Shown in pieces: positions 38,506-49,214 of a DNA stretch of 64,000 nucleotides. The DNA comes from Malacoraja senta. Its lineage: Eukaryota. Below the pieces are notes generated by a model, which made no database searches, was not told the origin of the DNA, and saw nothing but the letters and a program-made list of their open reading frames with translations. How positions within the stretch are numbered: position 1 is the stretch's first letter; every line of letters starts with the position of its first letter. The stretch is taken from positions 21,702,001-21,766,000 of the forward strand of contig CM075989.1 in assembly GCA_038087875.1 (NCBI GenBank). The letters run 5' to 3'. The translations under genes and the position numbers were made by a program.

Positions 38506-38664
38506 TTTCACTGGCATTGGTCCTGTATTCCATGATAGAAGGCACCAATGTTATCTGTAGATAATCTATAGATTGGCTCTAATCTGTTTGAATAATGGCA
38601 CAGGATTGATGAACTGAATGTGCCAACTCTGCCTGCATGCTCCTCTACAAAATGTATCTTGAAA

Positions 38665-38847
38665 TGTGTTAAAGAAGGAACTGCAGATGCTGGAAAATCA
38701 AAGGTACACAAAAATGCTGGAGAAACTCAGCGGGTGCAGCAGCATCTATGGAGCAAAGGAGATGGGCAACGTTTCGGCCCAAAACGTTGCCTATCTCCTT
38801 CGCTCCATAGATGCTGCTGCACCCGCTGAGTTTCTCCAGCATTTTTG
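38665..38847. mobile_element. Penelope-derived fold-back with 12-bp flanking duplication
   Basis: TGTATCTTGAAA at 38653-38664 and 38848-38859; inverted arms. Confidence 0.8.
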
Positions 38848-38887
38848 TGTATCTTGAAACTTCTTGTGTTCTGCATTAATGGACTGG

Positions 38888-39175
38888 GCAGAGTTGCTGC
38901 CTCACAGCGCCGGAGACCCGGGTTCGATCCCGACTACGGGTGCTGTCTGTACGGAGTTTGTACGTTCTGCCCGTGACCTGCGTGGTTTTCCCCCGAGATC
39001 TTCTGTTTCCTCCCACACTCCAAAGACATACAGGTATGTAGGTTGATTAGCTTGGTGTATGTGTAAATTGTCCCTACTGTCTGTAGGATAGTGTTAATGT
39101 GCAGGGATCGCTGGTCGGCGCGGACTCAATGAGCCAAAGGGCCTGTTTCCTCGCTGTATCTCTAAAATCTAAGCT
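38888..39175 (+). mobile_element. HE1/V-SINE-type SINE
   Basis: B-box, V-domain, tail. Confidence 0.88.
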
Positions 39176-40145
39176 AAAAAATATTACTCACAACGTCATC
39201 CCATTGCATCTAAATAGCAATCATGGCAGATGACGAAAGTTGAATTATATGCTCATTGAAAATTGCTTCAGTGATCTCACTTGCTTCTCCAGTTTATTTT
39301 AAACTTCAGTTTAAACTATTATTGTCTAACTTTCATCTTTATCACATAACATGTTAAAAGTGCTAACCGAACTTCAAACATGTTAATGAAAAATATAGAA
39401 ATTGTCATTGGCATTCACAATATGCACCCATGAAATGCAAGTGGACCCATTTAAACAATTCACAATGAACTTGGTTGTGAGCAACCATCTGAAAATGGAT
39501 CCTAATTTTAATGGCACATTTGTACAATGCATAATTGAAAGAATGAACCCACTCAATAGCCACCGATGTTTAATATTCATGTCCCCTTCCTTTCTCGATT
39601 TTTAAGATATATATGCTAAATAGTAGATACAAATGCACATGAATAATTGCCATTCACATTATATGTATTCCTAATGTATAAGCTTGGATATGTCTCAATA
39701 GTTGATTACTCATTTTTAATAGGCTTCCCTTAAAGGTCAACTTTTGGGACACTAAAGTTGTATTCTGTCACTTCTATATTCAAAAAGACCTTTTGTTGTT
39801 TGTCAGTTTAGACCGATAACAAATTGTACTTTTGGATATTTTAATGCAAATTTCACAAATTATATATGTAAATAAATTTACATTTAAAATCAAGGAAGAA
39901 AGAAATTTGGAATGTATTTGATGTCTTTGCCAGCTCTTAAACGCAACTCAAAGTTCATGACTGGAAATGCATTGGTTGAGGTCCTCATGCTGCCTGCTAT
40001 TTAGCTCAATTGCTGAGAAGATATCATTCGTTCTAGGAACAAGATTAAGCCTTTTGAGTCAACACTGCCATTCAATCGTGGCTGATTTCTCTTTCCATAT
40101 CAACCCCATTCTCCTACCTTCCTCCCGTAACCCCTGACATCCTTA

Positions 40146-40307
40146 TGGACCTGTCCACTTAGGCGACTCTTTAGGCGACTATCAGGGACTAGTTTGAATG
40201 AAATTCACCCACTACACCTGGCGACAACCTACGACAGCAAAAAATGTCGCCACTGTTGCCCAAACATTTTCAACATGTCCTGTAGTTGCCTAAATGGGAC
40301 AGGCTCA
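40146..40307. mobile_element. PIF/Harbinger-type MITE in a CR1 3' end
   Basis: TGGACCTGTCCACTTAGGC / GCCTAAATGGGACAGGCTCA; TTA TSD. Confidence 0.75.
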
Positions 40308-41384
40308 TTATTAATCAAAAAATTGTCAATTGCATGCAGATATTCAGAAGTACATAGAAATATTCAGCATACATTGCGGGTGTCAGGGGTTATGGGGGGG
40401 GAGGCAGAAGAATGGGGTTACAGGGAAGAGATAGATCAGCCATGATTGAATGGTGGAGTGGAATATTTAATGGATGGGCCGAATGGCCTAATTCTTCTCC
40501 CATCACATGACTTAATGACCTTATGACCCTAAGACGGGTGGCACAATCCTTTGGAAAACATGGGATTGATGGGTTTGGTACAAGAGTTGGCATAGATTCG
40601 TTGGGCCAAAAGATCTCCTTCAAAGACATTAGAAGCAAAGAATATACACGATTATATACTTTTACAGGGCAGCACCGTGACTCGGCGGTAGAGCTGCCAT
40701 CTCAAACCGCCAAAGACTCTGGTTCGATCCTGACCTCGGGGACTGTCTATGTGGAGTTTGCACATTCTCCCTGTGGTTTCCAGGTGCTCTGATTTCCTCC
40801 CATAGACGTGCGGGCTTGTTGGTTAATTGACTTGGGTAAGATTGTAAATCGTCCCTTGTGTGTATGATAGTGCTAGTGTACCGGGTGATTGAAGTTCAGT
40901 ATGGACTCAGTGGACGGAAGGGCCAGTTTCCGCTCTGTATCTCTCTAAAGTCACACCATTTTACTCTGCATGCTCTAGCTCACTGACAGAGCAATTGGTG
41001 ACCGATGATTATGATGGTTTTACCACCAACATTTCCATTCCATGTCAATAAAACATTTTTACACCTTTGCCATTGGCAGGAGAGAAATTTGTGCAATAAT
41101 GTAATATAGAATATGGAATGGTAGCGAAGGGAGAGGGTGTTGCAGAATTCTTGTCAGCGTGAGGAGGAGAAACTCTTCAAAGTAAGCATACTCCAGAGAT
41201 GCTGCCTGTCCTGTTGACTTACTCCAGCATTTTGTGTTTATCTTCAGTGTAAACCAGCATCTGCAGTTCCTTCCTGCACATTTCGTCTGCTCCACTGCGA
41301 AATCTCCTCAAGGTACGCATAATTTGAAGAAGTTTTCCTCCTCGCTCCGATGAGAGTTCTGGAACTCTCCTCTCTCATTGCTAC

Positions 41385-41560
41385 CCTTCCATATCTCTGT
41401 GCCTCCCTCTCCCCTGACTCGCAGTCTGAAGAAGGGTCTCGACCTGAAACGTCACCTGTTCCTTCTCTCCATATAGATGCTGCTGCCTGTCCCACTGAGT
41501 TACTCCAGCATTTTGTGTCTATCTTTGGTGTAAACCAGCATCTGCAGTTCCTTCCTACAC
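41385..41560 (+). mobile_element. Penelope-derived repeat with hammerhead motif (41426-41453)
   Basis: CTGAAGAAGGGTCTCGACCTGAAACGTC; partial second copy at ~41190-41280. Confidence 0.78.
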
Positions 41561-42283
41561 TAAACTTCTTTAGTTGGTATTCGCAGTGACTTCTATGTAC
41601 AAAACAACAGGGAGAATTGTTAATGGGCTGACGTCTCACTAGTTTTACACAACTGCATAAAGACCTCGTAAAGTTTTCAAACAATAGCAGACTTATCAAC
41701 CAAGCAGAAGTGATTCGATATTCTATCTTAAGTGTAATTAATGTAAGCCACCATCTGCTGAAGTTATAATGTAAGTATTTAGGACTCAGAATAATTAAAT
41801 CATTGCTTGGTGCAATTTAAATATTATAAAATCCATCTCAAAAGAGTTTGGAGTGAATCAGCATGTACTGTACATATTGTGTGCTCCCTACTATTCAAAG
41901 TGTCTCATTGTTCAGTATAAATAAGTACTCTTTCAGCTTTGTCCAAGTGGTTTGTAAAAATTGTTTGAATGTAATTGAAATGATGGTCTAAACACAGAAC
42001 TTTATTCTGCTAATCCAACACAAACTGAGCCTTGGCTGTCCTTGGAAATTAACAAATGTCAGCTCCTGCAAGTCGGATCAGACATTAAACTGCAACCTTC
42101 ATATCATTGAGGGGTGGCACGGTGGTGCAGTGGCAGAGTTGCTGCCTCACAGCGCCAGAGACCCGGGTTCGATCCTGACTACGGATGCTGTCTGTACGGA
42201 GTTTGTACGTTCTCCCCGTGACCTGCGTGGGTTTTCTCGCATGCGGCCATTTCCGCAAGGAAGTCAGCTGTTCTGGATGAATG

Positions 42284-43062
42284 TGGTCTCCGCGCCGGAG
42301 CTCTCCCCATGGTCTCCACGCCGGAGCTCCCCCATGGTCTCCACGCCGGAGCTCCCCCCCCCTTGGTCTCCACGCCGGAGCTCCCCCCCCTGGTCTCCAC
42401 GCCGGAGCTCCCCCCATGGTCTCCACGCCGGAGCTCCCCTCGTGGTCACCATGCTGGAGCTCCCCCCGTGGTCTCCACGCCGGAGCTCCCCCCATGGTCT
42501 CCACGCCGGAGCTCCCCCCATGGTCTCCACTCCGGAGCTTCCCCCCCCTTTGGTCTCCACGCCGGAGCTCCCCCCCTGGGTCTCCACGCCGGAGCTCCCC
42601 CCATGGTCTCCACGCCGGAGCTCCCCCGTGGTCACCACGCTGGAGCTCCCCCCGTGGTCTCCACGCCGGAGCTCCCCCCATGGTCTCCATGCCGGAGCTC
42701 CCCCCCCCCCCCTTGGTCTCCACGCCGGAGCTCCCCCCATGGTCTCCAAACCGGAGCTTCCCCCCCCTTTGGTCTCCACGCCGGAGCTCCCCCCTGGTCT
42801 CCACGCCGGAGCTCCCCACGTGGTCTCCATGATGGAGCTCCCCCCCTTGGTCTCCACGCCGGAGCTCCCCCCCCCTTGGTCTCCACGCCGGAGCTCCCCC
42901 CCGGTCTCACGCCGGAGCTCCCCCGGTCTCCACGCCGGAGCTCCCCCCATGGTCTCCACACCGGAGCTCCCCCCCCCTTGGTCTCCACGCCGGAGCTCCC
43001 CCCGGCTCCATCGCCGGAGCTCCCCCCCGGTCTCCACACCGGAGCTCCCCCCATGGTCTCCC
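42284..43062. repeat. GC-rich minisatellite, ~22-28-bp unit GGTCTCCACGCCGGAGCT(C)n
   Basis: About 30 head-to-tail units varying mainly in C-run length. Confidence 0.95.
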
Positions 43063-43191
43063 ACTGCTACTACACGGTACAAATGATACATTTACGCGTG
43101 TGAAGTAGCACTTTGTTTTCAGACTTGCACAACATCTGACTTTCGCAAGGTTCTGTGGGACGTACCCCTTACCTAAGTCGAGGATCGTCTG
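43063..43191. mobile_element. Possible Tigger/pogo-like terminal fragment
   Basis: Ends TAAGTCGAGGATCGTCTG-TA (rc TA-CAGACGATCCTCGACTTA); partner TIR not found. Confidence 0.4.
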
Positions 43192-43282
43192 TATGAAACA
43201 AAGCATGCTAACCAAGTTTGATTTTTTTTTCTTTAAAAGCTTATTATTGAAGTGGCTGTTGCAGTGGCTATTACAGACACCC

Positions 43283-43750
43283 AGTTTTTCACACAAAGGG
43301 TGGTGGGTGTATGGAACGAGCTGCCGGAGGAGGTAGTTGAGGCAGACAGGGCTGTCTTAACAGCATTATAGGCCCCTGGGCAAAGCAGTGCACTGGGCCC
43401 CCTACACTTCCAGTTTCTTTATGTCGAATCAAATTATGCCGTCATGCACTTGCGATGTTCTTCTCTGTTTTCATGTTCTACAATAACATTCTACAATACA
43501 TAGATTAGCATGGGGCCCCTATGCTCTTGGGGCCCGGGCAACTGCTCAGCGTGCCCATGGGTTAAGACAGCCCTGGAGGCGGGGACTATCACAATATTTA
43601 AGAAACAGTTAAGAGAGGTTCATGGCAAGGACAGGTTTGGAGGGATATGGGCCAAAGGCAGGCAGAAGGGACCAGTGTAGCTGAGACAGTAAGGGCAAGT
43701 TGGGCCGAAGGGCCTGTTTCCACGCTGTGTCACTCTATGACTCTATGAGT
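43283..43750 (+). mobile_element. CR1 3' fragment split by a hAT MITE
   Basis: FFTQRVVGVWNELPEEVVEA then UTR. Confidence 0.85.
43347..43575. mobile_element. hAT (Tip100-like) MITE
   Basis: Perfect 15-bp TIR CAGGGCTGTCTTAAC; 8-bp TSD GAGGCAGA/GAGGCGGG (6 of 8); subterminal GGGCCC repeats. Confidence 0.82.
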
Positions 43751-44863
43751 CTATTTGATTATTTAGTGGCTGACAGAATCTCCTCCTTATAGCTGCAACA
43801 GGTCCAAACACCATTAGCCGGCATCATGATAAGAAACCCGTGTCCATTATTGTATTTAAAATTGCTGCAAACTAAACAGAAAAAGATTATATCTTAGATA
43901 AACTCAATCTTACTGACCTGGAACACCTCCGTCTCCTTTCTTGATCTCACTTTTTCTTGGCTCCAGTCCCCCCCCCCCCCTCCTCTGTCTTTCAGTCTGA
44001 AGATGGGTCCCAACCCAAAACGTCACCCGTTCCTTCTCTCCAGAGATGCTGCCTGGCCCGCTGAGTTACTCCAGCTTTTTGTGTCTATCTTCGATATGAA
44101 CCAGCATCTGCAACACTACAGAAAGAAAAAAAATGTTTGTACTAACCTATTTCCCACAATAATTTACCATATTATCAACTAATAATTTCTTCTCTTGGCA
44201 TATTTTTAAGGTACTATAGGCAATAAACACTCACTATTGCTTTGGCAAGATACTGAGTCAATTAATGAAAAATTCATTCTGGCTTTCTCAATGTAAACCT
44301 GGAAGGGCATAACTAAATAAGTACGCTATACATATTTCAGTCAGGAAAAGTAATTGTGCAATCTATGTTTTATTTTATGTGTTTAGGGTTCAAGTGGAGA
44401 ATTAATTGAAGTCCATCATTCATTCATTTTATGATCAGTGAATGCACTAGATATGCAAATAAACAGGAAGAAATATTGTCATTCTAAAGAAAAGTAACTG
44501 AAAATCTGATGATTTAATAGTTAGTTATTAACTGTAATGCATTCTCTGTCCATATGTCAGAAATCTTAAAGCTGATCTTTATGATTTGTATTGTTTTATT
44601 AATTAGATGTGGGGTGGGACAGTGACAACACAAGTGAAGCTACATACAGATTTAGTTTATTTAGATATACAGGGCAGAAACAGGCCCTTTGGCCCAACAA
44701 GTGAAGGCCAACCAGCGATCCCCACATCTGTGACACTATCCTACACTAGGGACAATTTTACATTTATACCAAGCCAATTAACCTACAAACCTGTACGTCT
44801 TTGGAGTGTGGGGGGAAACCGAAGATCTCGGCGAAAACCCACGCAGGACACGGGGAGAACACA

Positions 44864-45005
44864 CTTCTTCTTCTTCTTTCGTGTGGCGTGCACAGCCTCA
44901 AGTTGTTGAACAACTTGTTCTATTTGATCTTCCGTTTGTGCACGTCGAGTTGATTGCATTAGTCGAAACAGGGCGGACCACGTGAAGGTTGCAATCTTCC
45001 ACCCC
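44864..45005 (-). mobile_element. ~142-nt ribozyme-headed non-autonomous retroposon with (GAA)n tail
   Basis: Interrupts a SINE; GGAGAAC duplicated at 44854-44860 and 45007-45013; ends ACACG-AAAGAAGAAGAAGAAG; no Pol III boxes. Confidence 0.8.
44952..45005 (-). ncRNA. Minimal HDV-like (CPEB3-type) self-cleaving ribozyme motif, 54 nt
   Basis: P1 GGGGUGG/CCGCCCU with G1.U; P2 GAUUGCA/UGCAAUC; P3 ACC/GGU; L3 UUCACGU; vestigial P4 U(UUCG)A; J4/2 CUAA with putative catalytic C at 44962. Manual fold; activity untested. Confidence 0.85.
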
Positions 45006-45523
45006 TGGAGAACGTGCAAACCAAAGGAATAGTTAGATCTCAAGCCGGGTGTTGAGCAGCCAGGTTGTTGTCTCTGCGTCAATGTCTGCCAGGCCCTGAG
45101 CTCCATTTGGTGGGTGGTAGAGCGGGCACCCAGAGATGACATGGTTGGTTGTCTGTTGTTCTGCTTTGCATTCACAGGCTAAAGTCTGGAGAAGTCCCCA
45201 TCTCCACATGCTGGCATTGAAACGCCCAACTCCAGTGCAAAGTCTTGTTGACGTGACTAGACGACATATGTTGTTCTACTGACCAGGAGAAATGTCCAGA
45301 CCAGTCCTCAATCAGGGAAAGAATGCAAACTCAATTGTCTGGCCCACAAATTTTAATCTTATACAACGAGTCAACCATAAAACATAGATTTAATCTCATA
45401 AATGTACAAATCACTTTACTTCATTCAATTAGATAAATCGGATTGTCACTTTGGGGTTGTGTAGTAGGAATGAGCCTGGCATCATTTCTGGCTCTAATGA
45501 AAGTAATCTGCACCATATCTATA

Positions 45524-45790
45524 TTTAGAGACGGCGTGGAAACAGGCCCTATGGCCCTCCGAGTCCGCGCTGACCAGCCATCAGCCATGCAATAGATTTA
45601 TCCTATGCACCAGGGACAATTTACAGAGGGCAATTAACCTACATACCTGCACGTTTTTGGGATGTGGTAGGAAACTCACATGGTCACGGAGAGATTGTAC
45701 AAACTCCGCACAGACAGCACCCCATAGTCAGGATCGAACCCAGGTCTATGGTGCTGTAAGGTAACTCTACCACAGCACCACCCTGCTGCC
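45524..45790 (-). mobile_element. HE1/V-SINE-type SINE
   Basis: Reverse-complement tail, partial V-domain, head. Confidence 0.82.
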
Positions 45791-45809
45791 TAAATGATCT
45801 GGCAAATTA

Positions 45810-46290
45810 AGGGCCTGTCCCACTTGGCGATTTTTTTTGGCAACTGCCGGCGTCATAAGTGTCACCAAAAGATTGTGAGCATTTCAAAATCCAGCGGCCA
45901 CAAAAATAATGTTGCGACACTTGAAAAAACACCGTACGTCATCACGCCACATCACCGCCACGTCATACGTCATCACGCCACATCACCGCCACGTCATACA
46001 TCATCATGCCACATCACCGCCACGTCATACATCATCATGCCACATCACCGCCACGTCATACATCATCACGCCACATCACCGCCACGTCATACATCACGCC
46101 ACATCACCGCCACGTCATCACGCCACATCACCGCCACGTCATACATCATCACGCCACATCACCGCCACGTCATACATCATCACGCCACATCACCGCCACG
46201 TCATACGTCATCACACTGCGTCACCGCCGTTTTTCGGTGACCTGATACATCAGTCAATGATGACGGCAGTCGCCGAATAAAATTGGCCCA
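45810..46290. mobile_element. PIF/Harbinger-type MITE (7424 family, inverted) with tandem expansion; right TIR damaged
   Basis: TTA-AGGGCCTGTCCCACTTGGCG; internal sequence matches rc of 7424-7687; ~30-bp unit array at ~45937-46213. Confidence 0.82.
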
Positions 46291-46419
46291 ATACTGATTC
46301 AAGCTGCACCTCCATACACCTGACAAGATGGTTGTATTTTGAACTGCTTGCACAACCAGTAGTACAGAACAAAACTTGGAGGTTGCAGGGGGATTAAAAA
46401 CAATCAAGCAAAAGGGAGA

Positions 46420-47110
46420 GATTGGACAGGCTAGGATTTAATATTTTGAGCACAGGAGGCTGGGTGGTGATCTTATAGAGATGTATCAAATCATGAGGGG
46501 AATAGATGGGACAGAGTCTCAAGTAGGGGAATTCATAACCAGAGGACATAGGTTTAAGGGGAGGCAGGAAGGATTTAATAGGAACCTGAGGGGCAACTTT
46601 TACATTTGGAGGGTGGTGGATGTGGAACGTGCCAGAGGAGGTAGTTCAAGCAGGTACTATAAACGAACAGCACAGCTGTAGAGTTGGCTGCTTCACAGTG
46701 CTTACAGGGCCAGAGACCTGGGTTTGATCCTGGCTATATGTGCTTGTCTTGTCTGTACAGAGTTCGTGGGTTTTTCTCCGACAACCTCGGTTTCCTCCCA
46801 CACTCCAAGGACGTGCAGGTTAATTGGCTTGGTTTAAATGTAAAAATTGTCCCTAGTGTAGGATAGTGTTAGTGTGCGGGATCGCTGGTCAGTGTGGACT
46901 CCGTGGGCCGAAGGCCCTGTTTCCGCACTGTGTCTCCAAACTAACAGCATCTAAAGATACTTGGACAGCTATATGGATAGGAAATCTTCAGAAGGATATG
47001 GGCCTTTGAAACCTTCAAAGGGATATCCCTAGACAGGGCATCTTGTGGGGCATAGTCAAGTTGGGCTGAATGGCCTGTTTACATGGGGCATGACCCTATG
47101 ATTCTATGAC
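46420..47110 (+). mobile_element. CR1 3' fragment with inserted SINE (~46667-46943)
   Basis: GDLIEMYQIMRGID...RGHRFK; CR1 resumes after the SINE tail. Confidence 0.8.
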
Positions 47111-48462
47111 CATTAATTCAATTAATTAAAGAAAACTATCATGGCCTAAAGAAATACCAAAACCACTGACATTGTGTTTTCCTTTCTTTCTTATTTCTTA
47201 ATATTTTCAAAAGAGGAAGGATTGTAAACCTTGTCTTCCAGATCAGCATTGTAGCATATCCTTTTCAAATACATTAACAATAGTGTCCCCATTACTTTCC
47301 CTGCCCTGGTTAATTTGCCCCAAGTGAATGATATAATGAATTCTTATAGAAATAGCATTACACATATTTCAATTGCTGTTTTCAATTCCTTGTAGTGCCA
47401 TCTGAGAAAATGTTATTTTCCTAATGTCTCGAGCTCAAAAAAGTTGTCGAAGATTATACCATGTAGGTGACGAGAAATGGAAATGTTTACAAATGAACAT
47501 TTAAAGCTTTGGAGATAGACACTTCTTAAGGTGATACAAGAAAAACAAATGTTGGTGTTTTTGTGTCTACCTGGCCATATATTCCTCTGTCTAAAGTTGT
47601 CAAAATTTACCAATTAGTATTTTGAGCTCTGGTAGAGATGAACATAAGGTATCCGATGTGATTTTTGAGAGAAATAAATCTATGACCGTCAGGAAGTAGG
47701 TTGTAGGCTTTAGAGATACAGCATGGAAATGGGTCCTTCAGCCCACTGAGTCCATGCCAACCAATGATCACCTGCATACTAAATTTATCCTACAATTTGA
47801 CCTACTAGGGACAATTTTACAGGATCCAACTAACCTACAAACCTGCACGTCTTTGGAATGTGGGAGGAAACTTCTTGTGCCGAAGGGCCTGTTTCCACAC
47901 TGTATCACTCTCTGACTCGATAACTCTAACTTGGATGGGAAAGGGATGAAGAGAGAGGGAAAGCAAGGGTTACTTGAGGTTGGAAAAATCAATATTTATA
48001 TGGTTGGGTTGTAAACTGCACATTTCTCTGTTCCATGTACTATGTAACTGTTAATCCTGGTCAAATTGGGGAGGCCAGGACCCTAAAATCGAGTAAAGGC
48101 TTCAGGGCTGCTAGGCCATTTGGTCAATTTGAAAATGCTTTCTGTGGAAATGGGACAAGCTGCAGAACGGTGCCAGTTTGTCTCGAGCCTAGATCAGAGC
48201 TGCAAGAAGAGAATGGGAACATCTGCAGATCTTGACAATTAGGTGCAAAATGCATAGAATGGATTGGATGAGTGCAAACCAGACATACACATTGTAAATA
48301 ATGTTGCAAAGCTTTACTTTGCTGAATGTTGATTGGATGAGGTATTGAGCCTTGTCTGGTTTTCTTGCATATCAGCGCAAATGTTGAGATGTTCGTTTCC
48401 TCTGAGAAACACTGTTTGAATACAATGTATTAGCCACTGTATTATTGGGTTAGGGAAATGTC

Positions 48463-48809
48463 TGTCATGTACGGGGTTAATCGATATCTGTAATTGGATT
48501 GTAAAGAGACCACCCCCATGTGATTTGGCCCCTCGAGGTCCCGGGACCTATAAAAGTCGCTGCCACGTGGTCCTGCGTCGATCTTCTGGGAGAGCGCTTG
48601 GGACTGCGTGACCTTCTGGAGTGTCTCTGTTTGAGCGAGGGCAAGAGGGCTTGATCAGGCAGATACAAGGATCGAACCCGCGGTGGTTAGGTATAGTAGT
48701 TGAACTGTAATTGTGTTTTGTCAAAATAAAGTTTAGATGCGCAAGTGTTTGACTCAGTGATTTGTGACTGAAATTAGACTGGGGGGAAGCTTAGAACGAG
48801 CTATATACA
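48463..48809 (+). mobile_element. Probable solo LTR
   Basis: TGT...ACA ends, TATAAAAG near 48549, AATAAA near 48725, CpG-rich vs flanks; no matching TSD seen. Confidence 0.55.
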
Positions 48810-49214
48810 TTCCCATTCAGAAGCGTTTGCATTAACAGGCTTAAAAAAAAATCCAAGGCAGTTAATACACTCGGCTGTAAATGTTGAGCCTTTAATACAA
48901 TGAGTGAGCAGTACAGAAGCTCTGCTGATGGAAAGCTTGCTATGGCATCCATCCAATTGAAGTGCAGTTAACTGGAGTTGGGTAACGGAGACCAGGTAAT
49001 GAAAGAAATACTGGTGAGTAGAAAGTGGTCGTGGAAAATATCAACACTCCATTCATCGTAAGATTTCTTGGCAAGAGGGAAGGAAGAGGTTCCTTGACAT
49101 CAGAAAGTTTATAAATGTCAGTGAGCACTGTGAATAACGAAAACAAAATGTAGGGAAGAAAATAATAGACTTTGTAACGTGCATTTTAGAACTTGAGGCC
49201 ATCCCAAAAATATG

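Noticed and set aside
42085..43103. Long ORFs (up to 318 aa) and a CRISPR-like look
   Set aside because: All frames are open because of a stop-free GC minisatellite; no unique spacers and no cas genes.
45794..46280. His/Thr/Pro-rich ORFs
   Set aside because: Tandem array inside a MITE.
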